IMG/VR virus record: IMGVR_UViG_3300021492_000027
Reading direction: 5' to 3' (one strand)
From: a virus
DNA length: 64,000 nucleotides
A program made the translations under genes and the position numbers. Positions 56,358 through 64,000 of this stretch are shown piece after piece. The notes below the pieces were generated by a model. The model worked only from the letters and a program-made list of their open reading frames with translations. It was not told the DNA's origin and did not search any database. Position 1 is the first letter of the stretch; every line of letters begins with the position of its first letter.

Positions 56358-58344
56358 TATAGAAGTTTGTAACCCTCCTAACAAGTTTCCGTTCGCAGAC
56401 AAAGCCGCATATCCTGTAATAGCGATAACAATCTTTGATGCATTAGAAAATCGTTTCTATTCGTTTTTAGTTGCTGATGCTGATATAGCACCAAAATCAA
56501 ATAACTGGCGTGTAAGTGTTTTAAGTAGTGAACGAGCGATGCTAACATATTTCAAACGCAAATTTGAGCAAATAGACCCTGATGTGATATTAGCATGGAA
56601 CATAGCATTTGACTATTTGTATATCCAGAACCGATTGAAACGGCTCGGTATAGAACCAATAGAAGAGCGGTTCCAGATACTCGATCTACTTGGTGCTTAT
56701 AAACAAGTGAAAAAAGGCGGCGTGTCCAGCTACAATCTCAAAGATGTTGAGCGTCAAGAGGGCATAAAACGCAAATTACCTGAAAGTATAGCGAAAGACA
56801 TACGAGAGTTTTATGAAGCGGGAGAATTTCGTCATATTCTTCTATACAACAAAGAGGATGTTGATGGCATAGTGAAACTTGATAATAAGCTTCAGCTCAG
56901 TCGGTTCTTCTTACACTTACGTGAGGTAATAGGCTTAGAACGGTTTGTACGTGGAATTAATGAGGGTAAGAGTCAAACATGGCAGATTTTCCATAATAGT
57001 GTGTTAGTTGATACTTTTATGTTTTTTTTATTGAAGCACAAAAACATCATTTTGCCAACAAAAGGACGCTATCAAAGCCAAAGTAAGGGTTCACAATACA
57101 AAGGTGCGATAGTTTTTGCGTCAGATCCTGGCATATATACCAATGTAGCCAACCTTGACATGTCGAAATTCTATCCTTCGATTTTGTTGAGTTTGAACCT
57201 CAGTCCTGAGATAACCAAAGAGAATGCCAATCGTCAAGGTATTATCCCATTTCTGTTAAGTCATTTGATTGAAGAGCGTACCAAGATAGAAACCGAACGT
57301 GCTAAATACGATCCGCAAAGTGCACAGTACCGTACCCTAACCGATAAACGTCAAGTGATAAAAGAGCTAATAAATAGCGTATATGGGTTTGTAGCGTTCA
57401 AGGGTTCGAGGTTATACTCAGATATAGGAGCGAAAGTGACAGAAATAGGACGCAAAGGTTTGAATTTTGTTAGGCAAGAAGCGGAGTGTCACGGTATGAA
57501 GGTCATTTATGGCGATACAGACGGTATTTTTTGTGTAGTGCAAGACGGCACAACCCATGAGCAGATAGCTGAAATAGCAAATGAGATAACACACAAGTTT
57601 GATGCCTTTTTTGAGAGCTTAGAGCCATTCACACAAACTCATTATTTCAAACTCGATTACGATTTGTTTTTCTCTAAATTGTTGCTATTAACAAAGAAAC
57701 GCTATGCAGGGTTAGTGACTTATGAAGATGGCAAGTCCGTCAATTACATAAAAACAAGAGGCATAGAGACAAGACGTGGCAATGCGCCATTATTAACCAA
57801 ACGTCTCCAAGAGAGAGTGCTTGAGTATATCTTCAATGGTAACATAGATGCTATATCGCCCTTAATTAAGAAACTCAGAGATGTGATATACGGGTTTGAA
57901 TTCAATGGCAAAAACTATCATGTAGTGGACGCAATGGCGATACCCATGGGCTTACAACAGCCACTGAACTACTATGGTGGGGTTGATAAGAACGGCAACA
58001 AAAAGGGTATCCCGCCACATGTCAGAGCTGCTGTAATAGCGAACAGGTTCTTAGGCAAGAATTTCGATTATGGTAGCAAGATCAAGACATTATATGTCCG
58101 TTCAATGCGATTACTTGAGCCAGTGGTATTGCCAAGTGGCGAGAAGATAACCATGACAGATGTGATAGGCTATGAAGATGTATCAGAGCTTGTCCGTTAT
58201 AAGAAGTTAGCGGAACGAGCTGGCGCGGAGCTATTACTCGATAAGGATAGAATGTTCAATGTTGTTGTGAGTGATAAAATCCAGCCAATTTTGGATGCAA
58301 TAGACGATAACTCTATAAAGCAAAAAAGTATTTTAGAGTGGTAA
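56329..58344 (+). CDS. polB: Family B DNA polymerase, exonuclease + polymerase part with C-terminal PIP box
   Basis: LDIE, WNIAFD, YNKED, DMSKFYPS, KELINSVYG, YGDTDG, KKRY, QKSILEW. Confidence 0.92.
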   Translation: MTALKKLYLDIEVCNPPNKFPFADKAAYPVIAITIFDALENRFYSFLVADADIAPKSNNWRVSVLSSERAMLTYFKRKFEQIDPDVILAWNIAFDYLYIQNRLKRLGIEPIEERFQILDLLGAYKQVKKGGVSSYNLKDVERQEGIKRKLPESIAKDIREFYEAGEFRHILLYNKEDVDGIVKLDNKLQLSRFFLHLREVIGLERFVRGINEGKSQTWQIFHNSVLVDTFMFFLLKHKNIILPTKGRYQSQSKGSQYKGAIVFASDPGIYTNVANLDMSKFYPSILLSLNLSPEITKENANRQGIIPFLLSHLIEERTKIETERAKYDPQSAQYRTLTDKRQVIKELINSVYGFVAFKGSRLYSDIGAKVTEIGRKGLNFVRQEAECHGMKVIYGDTDGIFCVVQDGTTHEQIAEIANEITHKFDAFFESLEPFTQTHYFKLDYDLFFSKLLLLTKKRYAGLVTYEDGKSVNYIKTRGIETRRGNAPLLTKRLQERVLEYIFNGNIDAISPLIKKLRDVIYGFEFNGKNYHVVDAMAIPMGLQQPLNYYGGVDKNGNKKGIPPHVRAAVIANRFLGKNFDYGSKIKTLYVRSMRLLEPVVLPSGEKITMTDVIGYEDVSELVRYKKLAERAGAELLLDKDRMFNVVVSDKIQPILDAIDDNSIKQKSILEW

Positions 58345-58350
58345 GATGAT

Positions 58351-58659
58351 ATGAGTACTCAACAAAAAGGATGGAAGCATGAGCATGAAGTAGTGAAGCT
58401 TTTAGAGCAAGAGAATTATGAAGTGTACAGACCACAAAAAGTCAGATTTTATGGCAGTCAGGACATCTTCGGTCTTTTTGATATAATAGCTATAAAAGCC
58501 GATAGATTGAAATTCATACAGGTAAAAACAGGCAGTACTCAGGGCTTTCTCAAAAAGTTATATGCATGGCGTGAAGCCCATCCTGTTACGGTAGTGGAAT
58601 GGCAGCTATGGGTGAGAATGGATGCCCGTAAATACAAACAAAAATGGCGTGTGTTTTAA
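58351..58659 (+). CDS. hjc: Holliday junction resolvase Hjc-like
   Basis: G..HE.EV...L, FDIIAI, FIQVK. Confidence 0.75.
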   Translation: MSTQQKGWKHEHEVVKLLEQENYEVYRPQKVRFYGSQDIFGLFDIIAIKADRLKFIQVKTGSTQGFLKKLYAWREAHPVTVVEWQLWVRMDARKYKQKWRVF

Positions 58660-58865
58660 ATAAAAAATCATAAAATGAACATATTTTATGATTTCTATCT
58701 AAAGCGACGCGAAGAGTTGATAAAAAGAGGTCTATCAGTTTATGAAGCTACGAGAATCGCTTATAACGAAGCTACGGGTTTTTATACCAAAAGTTTATTG
58801 AATTTGTCCAGTCCAAAGCAAAGTTTTATATTAAAAGAAATTTAATGTATAAGTAAGTGATAAAT

Positions 58866-59111
58866 ATGGGTGAGAGGGTAAAAGACAAAAACAATTTTGT
58901 AAAAATAACTCGCGAACCGGGTTATTTGTATTTTGTTAAGGGCGATCCGTTGTGTATATACCGAACGAAGATGCAGCACAAGGGCAGAACACGATCAGAA
59001 CAGCCGAGCAAATTAGTCAAGCGAACAAGCGTATCAAGAAAGCAGGGCTATATGTATTACATAGACTCTTCGGGGTATTTAGCACGTGCGAAACGAGCAC
59101 GAAAGAGGTGA
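58866..59111 (+). CDS. Basic protein with a two-fold internal repeat
   Basis: REPGYLYFV / RKQGYMYYI. Confidence 0.6.
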   Translation: MGERVKDKNNFVKITREPGYLYFVKGDPLCIYRTKMQHKGRTRSEQPSKLVKRTSVSRKQGYMYYIDSSGYLARAKRARKR

Positions 59112-59120
59112 TGCATACGG

Positions 59121-59345
59121 ATGCGGTATGTAAGCCTATACACAGAAAATGGCGGTGTGGATATAGGCAAGATAGATGATAGAGGTATGCTTATATGGCG
59201 CAGAGGCATAAACATCCTCCATAGAAATCCAGAGATAAGAGATAAGGTTTTGAGACGCGATGTGCTAAGGATAGTGAAGGACGATGGCAAATCCTATAAG
59301 CAGCGATTTAGGGGTTTAATAACTTCATTAAAGGAGGTGATGTAA
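59121..59345 (+). CDS. Small basic protein, paralog family A (copy 3)
   Basis: YVSLYTENGG..IGKIDDRG.LIWR.G...VLRIVKDDGKSYKQ. Confidence 0.7.
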   Translation: MRYVSLYTENGGVDIGKIDDRGMLIWRRGINILHRNPEIRDKVLRRDVLRIVKDDGKSYKQRFRGLITSLKEVM

Positions 59346-59348
59346 AAT

Positions 59349-59654
59349 ATGCAAAGGATATATAGTGCCATAAGTGGGGTATCGGACATAAGGAAAATCA
59401 ATCAGATGATCCGTAACGAGGTTAAGCGTGCCAAGAGCCGCAAAGAGCTAACGGAGCTACATAAACGCAGTTCGTATCTGGTGACTTTGACTTTCAGTCC
59501 AGCATGGAAAGAAGGTTTCAGGGGTAAGATAGCACAGATGCGGTCAGCCGCAAAAGAGGAGTTCGCAAAAACTGCAAGAGCAATAAACAGCCGATGCAGG
59601 CAGTTGGGTATAGAACCAAACTACGATACTAAATGGGGTTCAGGACGACGCTAA
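59349..59654 (+). CDS. Basic hypothetical protein
   Basis: AGGAGGTGAT RBS. Confidence 0.65.
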   Translation: MQRIYSAISGVSDIRKINQMIRNEVKRAKSRKELTELHKRSSYLVTLTFSPAWKEGFRGKIAQMRSAAKEEFAKTARAINSRCRQLGIEPNYDTKWGSGRR

Positions 59655-59802
59655 AAAATGGCACGAGTGTAAGGAGGTGATGATATGCGTAAAGAAGGTG
59701 GAGGTTTGGGTGGCAAACTCACAGAACTAAGAAAGCAAGTAAAAAAGGAAAGAGTAGACACGATATAAAATGGAAATAAAAAATGTTAGGAGGTGATATA
59801 AA

Positions 59803-60126
59803 ATGAAAATTCCAACAGCTACCTTGTTTGGAACTTCAGAAATAGATAGAAGATATTTCTTCTTAGCATCAGAGAAAATAGGAGTGAAAAAAGACAAGAG
59901 TAATCTACGAAAGTTTGAAGCTACAAAAAATCGTGGAAATTTAGAGATTGCAAGAAAAATTCTCAAGAAATACAAAATATGGAATAGAAAGATAGATGAG
60001 TGGTACAGATATTGCAAAAATGTAAATCCGTCAGCTATATTTGTTTCTATATACCAGTTAGAGCAACCAGATAAAAGATTTAAATGGATAATCGCACGCA
60101 AGCTAAATTCAATGTTTAAGAAATAA
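59803..60126 (+). CDS. Basic hypothetical protein
   Basis: AGGAGGTGAT RBS. Confidence 0.6.
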   Translation: MKIPTATLFGTSEIDRRYFFLASEKIGVKKDKSNLRKFEATKNRGNLEIARKILKKYKIWNRKIDEWYRYCKNVNPSAIFVSIYQLEQPDKRFKWIIARKLNSMFKK

Positions 60127-60128
60127 AA

Positions 60129-60245
60129 ATGCCACGACATAGATATGGTAAAAAGGACGGTAGCAGACGCGGGTTCAAAGAGGGTGGTAGAGGCAGAAAC
60201 CGAACAAATAAGTGTAGGCATCCATATAAAAAACTTAGGAGGTGA
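60129..60245 (+). CDS. Protamine-like peptide (38 aa, not in ORF track)
   Basis: MPRHRYGKKDGSRRGFKEGGRGRNRTNKCRHPYKKLRR; AAAAATG start, stop inside the next RBS. Confidence 0.45.
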   Translation: MPRHRYGKKDGSRRGFKEGGRGRNRTNKCRHPYKKLRR

Positions 60246-60250
60246 TAATT

Positions 60251-60658
60251 ATGGAGATAAAAGTATTAAAAAATCTACCAGCAGGATGGAAAGGAAAGAA
60301 AATAAGCTCAAAGTATTTACCAACAGTTGTGTATAGGGCGTATTTTGTACCAAAAAAAGCAGAGAAAATAGCGAAAGAGAAAGCAAAGGAAAGAGGATTA
60401 TCAAATACAGAAACAAAGAAACTAATAAAAAACTATAAAGACTATTATACAGAGTTGTGGATAGTGAAACTTCACCAAGACAAAATAAATAATGTAATAG
60501 ATATAGAAATTGAAGATCCTCATTTTCACACAAAGCACTTACGAGCTAAGACACCATCAGAAGCAAACAAAATAGCTCTTGATTTCATGCGTAAACTTTC
60601 AAAACGAAAGACGCATCTACCATTGAATGTTAGAACATGGTGGAAAGAAAAAAGGTAA
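60251..60658 (+). CDS. Basic hypothetical protein
   Basis: AGGAGGTGAT RBS. Confidence 0.6.
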   Translation: MEIKVLKNLPAGWKGKKISSKYLPTVVYRAYFVPKKAEKIAKEKAKERGLSNTETKKLIKNYKDYYTELWIVKLHQDKINNVIDIEIEDPHFHTKHLRAKTPSEANKIALDFMRKLSKRKTHLPLNVRTWWKEKR

Positions 60659-60895
60659 GTGATAAAAATGGGCTGGGTAGTGAAATTAGGCGTGAGTAAC
60701 ATGTTTGGTAGCGATGTATTTCCGAGCGAAGCGAGTGCACGATATGCGCTTGTGCACGCGATAAAGGCTACAAAGAACACACGTGATGATATACGAGCCG
60801 CTATGAGATACACAAAAGCAAAGATAGTAAGAACCGATCAGCAACCCAATGTTACAACTTCCTTGCTTGTTAAAAAACTATTGAAAATCAATTAA
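60659..60895 (+). CDS. Basic hypothetical protein
   Basis: Coupled ORF. Confidence 0.55.
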   Translation: MIKMGWVVKLGVSNMFGSDVFPSEASARYALVHAIKATKNTRDDIRAAMRYTKAKIVRTDQQPNVTTSLLVKKLLKIN

Positions 60896-60905
60896 AAGTT
60901 AGGAG

Positions 60906-61166
60906 GTGGAAAATAATATGGGAAGAATAAAAGGTTGGAAGAAAATCAAAAGCATAAAAAACGAAATATTATACCTCAATAATGACGAAGACACTTTAGT
61001 TCAAATAGTGAGCAATCCCAGATTTTTGGGTTGGCATGTACTTATCTACAAGTCTAAAAGTGGTTCATTTAGTCATAACAACATAATCTTAACTAATGAT
61101 TTCAAGACCAAATCTCAAGCAATTGAGTTTGCTAATAACTGGATGCGTAAGCATATAAGAGGCTGA
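60906..61166 (+). CDS. Basic hypothetical protein
   Basis: AGGAGGTG RBS. Confidence 0.55.
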   Translation: MENNMGRIKGWKKIKSIKNEILYLNNDEDTLVQIVSNPRFLGWHVLIYKSKSGSFSHNNIILTNDFKTKSQAIEFANNWMRKHIRG

Positions 61167-61189
61167 CAGAAATACAGAAGGTAACAAAA

Positions 61190-61450
61190 ATGAGGAAAGT
61201 AAAAAAACAAGAAAGGAAAAAATATAAGCAGTGGACAGAAAAACAACGAAAAATTTTCTATAAAGCACTTGAAGAGATGCCAAGCAAGGAAAAGAAAGTA
61301 AAGAGAATATCTCATGAATCGGGTACGAGTTTGAGTTATACTTACAAATGTCTTGAGAAACTCAAAAGATATGGTTATGCTCTCCAAACAACGAAAAGAC
61401 CTAAAGCGTTTATTCGTATTGGAAGATTACCAGAGGAAAATAGGAGGTGA
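61190..61450 (+). CDS. Basic HTH protein
   Basis: VKRISHESGTSLSYTYKCLEKLKRYG. Confidence 0.55.
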   Translation: MRKVKKQERKKYKQWTEKQRKIFYKALEEMPSKEKKVKRISHESGTSLSYTYKCLEKLKRYGYALQTTKRPKAFIRIGRLPEENRR

Positions 61451-62067
61451 TAAATAAAATGCCAGCAAAAACAAGAGTACCGAGAAAAATTCGCAAGATA
61501 CAGGAAGGGCGAAGTAAGCGTGCAAAATCACTTGATGCTTTACGTACCTCAAAAAAGGTATTACCATTAAGTGACTATGAAATATGGGCAAAGAATCCGG
61601 GTAGATGTGATTTAAGAGGTGTGGATACAGCAAAAACAGCAAAAACTCGGTCACATAAGAAAAAGCCTTTATGGCAGGTAGTACTGGTAAAAAGGACAGT
61701 AATGGAGTTCCCAGAGGAGTGTATTGGTGTACCAGAAATGAAACGGCTTCGTGGTCGTGGTGAATTTCCCTTAGATGTTGTAAGAAGTAAATGTACAGCG
61801 CAAGAAAAAGAATGTATGAAGATTTTTAGTTATAAGAAGCTGGGACAAAAAGAAAGCAAATCAAAAACTCCGAAAATAAAAAAAGTGACATTGGCAAAAG
61901 GGAGAATAAGGAGATATAAGGTATGGGGCGAGTTTCCGGCAACCAAAGAGCCACGGTACTATTTTGCAAAAAGTAAAGAGGATTTGTTGCGTAGTTTTTC
62001 ACCTTATGCACGACAAAAAATAAAAGAAGGTAAAATTAAAGTAGTATATGACGGTATAGCATGGTAA
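61447..62067 (+). CDS. Basic hypothetical protein
   Basis: 206-aa Lys/Arg-rich ORF. Confidence 0.6.
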   Translation: MINKMPAKTRVPRKIRKIQEGRSKRAKSLDALRTSKKVLPLSDYEIWAKNPGRCDLRGVDTAKTAKTRSHKKKPLWQVVLVKRTVMEFPEECIGVPEMKRLRGRGEFPLDVVRSKCTAQEKECMKIFSYKKLGQKESKSKTPKIKKVTLAKGRIRRYKVWGEFPATKEPRYYFAKSKEDLLRSFSPYARQKIKEGKIKVVYDGIAW

Positions 62068-62087
62068 AAAACAGGAGGTGATAAAAC

Positions 62088-62465
62088 ATGGCATATAAAC
62101 CATCCGAATACCCGCAAGTAGGACCCGGCAAATACTACTACATCATGTACGAGAACTTGGAACGCACGCGAGCAGGCAACAAGGTTTGGAAACCGCGCGT
62201 CAAGCGTGTATACATAAGTGGCAAGCTATTGAGATGGCAAAAAGGACGTGTGCGTAAACGAACCGGCGAAACAGTAAACGGTATAAAGTTAATATATGAG
62301 AACACACGTAAGGGGTTCAAAGCACAACGAGGCAATACGCGTTATAGTGTGAGCCGAGCGGAGATGGAAGTGGCGAAAGTGGTGGAGCTGCCAAAGGGTG
62401 CAAGGAATATAAGATTGACAACGAGTAAACGCGAGGCGCAACCTACTCTTATGGAAGTGAGATAA
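62088..62465 (+). CDS. Basic hypothetical protein
   Basis: AGGAGGTGAT RBS. Confidence 0.65.
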   Translation: MAYKPSEYPQVGPGKYYYIMYENLERTRAGNKVWKPRVKRVYISGKLLRWQKGRVRKRTGETVNGIKLIYENTRKGFKAQRGNTRYSVSRAEMEVAKVVELPKGARNIRLTTSKREAQPTLMEVR

Positions 62466-62467
62466 AA

Positions 62468-62713
62468 ATGGTGAGCATCCGTAAAAAGAAAAAAAATCCA
62501 CAAAAACGTAAAGCCACCAAATACACAGCATACTTTTTATTTGGCGCAGGTAGTAAATATGGTGCAGGCAATATCAAAAAGATAGCTGAAGCTTCGACAC
62601 TTGAAGAAATAAGAAAGAAAGCACGTGCCAAACGAAGAGAATTCTCCAGAAGAACAGGTGAGTGGGCACAAATAATGATTTATCGTGGCGATAAGTTTTA
62701 TGAAATGTTGTAG
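62468..62713 (+). CDS. Basic hypothetical protein
   Basis: Poly-Lys N-terminus. Confidence 0.6.
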   Translation: MVSIRKKKKNPQKRKATKYTAYFLFGAGSKYGAGNIKKIAEASTLEEIRKKARAKRREFSRRTGEWAQIMIYRGDKFYEML

Positions 62714-62737
62714 GTCTATCTAAAAACAAATTAAAAA

Positions 62738-62983
62738 ATGAGAAGATGGTATATAGATAATTCACCGCTTTTTTATAATCAAGGTGGATATAGGAAGTAT
62801 ATAAAGAAGATGAAGAAAGTTATAAGAGAGGAAGGAGGCAAAGTTCCAAGAATGAGCAACAAGTTTAAATGGAGTCCGCGTGTGTTATGTTTTTTAGCTA
62901 CTGATAGTCAAGTGGAAAATATAAAAATAAGACTTATGAATGAGTTAGGCTTTCCTGTGATAATAAATGAAAAAACTTGGTAA
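62738..62983 (+). CDS. Hypothetical protein
   Basis: 81-aa ORF. Confidence 0.55.
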   Translation: MRRWYIDNSPLFYNQGGYRKYIKKMKKVIREEGGKVPRMSNKFKWSPRVLCFLATDSQVENIKIRLMNELGFPVIINEKTW

Positions 62984-63019
62984 AAAACAAGCGTCTTACT
63001 ACTTCTAATTCTCATTATT

Positions 63020-63307
63020 TTGTATTGCCTTAGTACTCTATTTCTCAATCAAAAAATGAAACAAACTCAATCCATTATCGTATTACTATGCGGTATATGG
63101 TCACTTGGCTTAGGTGCGCGCTACACATTAGAGCTCTATCTCGCTAACGACTACATTTGCATACCCCGAAACGCATTATATGGCATAAACCTATGGTTTG
63201 ATTTCGTTCCGTTATTTGTGTTTGGTTTATTCACAACGGTTTCTGTGCTTAGAGTGATGATAAAAAACTTAGGAGGTGATAATTATGTGGAAGAGAAAAG
63301 AATTTGA
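63020..63307 (+). CDS. Small two-TM protein
   Basis: Hydrophobic; true start probably ATG 63056. Confidence 0.5.
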   Translation: MYCLSTLFLNQKMKQTQSIIVLLCGIWSLGLGARYTLELYLANDYICIPRNALYGINLWFDFVPLFVFGLFTTVSVLRVMIKNLGGDNYVEEKRI

Positions 63308-63445
63308 AATAAATGAAAGTCCTAATGATGGTGAAGAAGTAAAATTTGCAGTTTTGCATGTTCTTCAGTTACATAGATTAGGTATTCCCATAGAAGAAGT
63401 AAAATTTTTCATGCGTGAGATTGAAGAATAAAAAGGTGATAAGAA

Positions 63446-63856
63446 ATGAACATAAATCCAAAAGATGTTAAAGATTTGGGATTAGTGAAATTTTCAAAAA
63501 ACACGCAAATCCAGCAGGTGGGTATAGACCTCACAATAGCGGAGACTGTCAGACTCAAACATGGCGAATACAAAGCTGTTAAGCTTAATGAAATAGTTTC
63601 AGTACCGCCAGATGCGTTCGCGCTGATGTTCAGTCGTAGCACGTTCAATCGCCAAGGTATCTTGATAACATCCACGGTATTTGAACCCGGTTGGCGTGGT
63701 ATACCAACAGTTTCAATCTATAACCTTTCAGGTGCTCAGTGCTATATAACAAAAGATACGAGGATAATACAGATAATCTTTTTTAGAGCAGATGCAGCGA
63801 GTGTTTATAACGGTCAGTATCAGAACCAGTTTTTAGAAGAGGTGAAAAGAAAATGA
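63446..63856 (+). CDS. dUTPase / dCTP deaminase family protein
   Basis: QQVGIDL, SRSTFNRQG, FEPGWRG, RIIQIIF, YNGQYQ. Confidence 0.8.
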   Translation: MNINPKDVKDLGLVKFSKNTQIQQVGIDLTIAETVRLKHGEYKAVKLNEIVSVPPDAFALMFSRSTFNRQGILITSTVFEPGWRGIPTVSIYNLSGAQCYITKDTRIIQIIFFRADAASVYNGQYQNQFLEEVKRK

Positions 63857-64000
63857 GAAATGAAGAGAAATTGGAATAGAGAAAAAGGAGGTGATTAACA
63901 TGCCAAAATGTCCAAAATGTGGCAAAGAGATAGATTATCTAACGAATTTCGTCATAGAAGAATACAAATTGACAATTGACGAGAATGGCAATGGTTATCA

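Overview
This window is most of the genome of an archaeal dsDNA virus. It is best read as a large spindle-shaped virus of ANME-1/Methanophagales (Itzamnaviridae-like); this assignment is inferred from the two-helix capsid protein and an ANME-1-type surface domain, recalled without a database search. Almost all genes lie on the + strand, in four blocks. (1) 0.3-22 kb is the virion module: hairpin major capsid protein, a circularly permuted capsid paralog displaying an FN3 domain, DUF2341/beta-propeller adhesins, a P-loop ATPase and membrane proteins. (2) 22-38 kb is an accessory/early region: DNA methyltransferases, a reverse-strand beta-helix adhesin, a tyrosine recombinase, HNH and PD-(D/E)xK nucleases, a jaw-less archaeal RNA polymerase subunit Rpo1C (A''), two tRNA-shaped non-coding RNAs carrying structured inserts in place of an anticodon, and many small duplicated genes. 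(3) 38-58.7 kb is a near-complete replisome: Alba-like protein, XPD/DinG helicase, RPA, PCNA, tRNA-Lys(UUU), primase, ERCC4 nuclease, two RFC subunits, a Cas4-like nuclease, a putative replicative helicase beside an iteron/AT-rich origin, a split PolB and Hjc. (4) 58.8-64 kb holds small basic proteins and a dUTPase/dCTP deaminase. The strongest novelty candidates are the tRNA-framed RNAs, the viral jaw-less Rpo1C and the permuted capsid protein. All protein calls come from motif recognition by eye.
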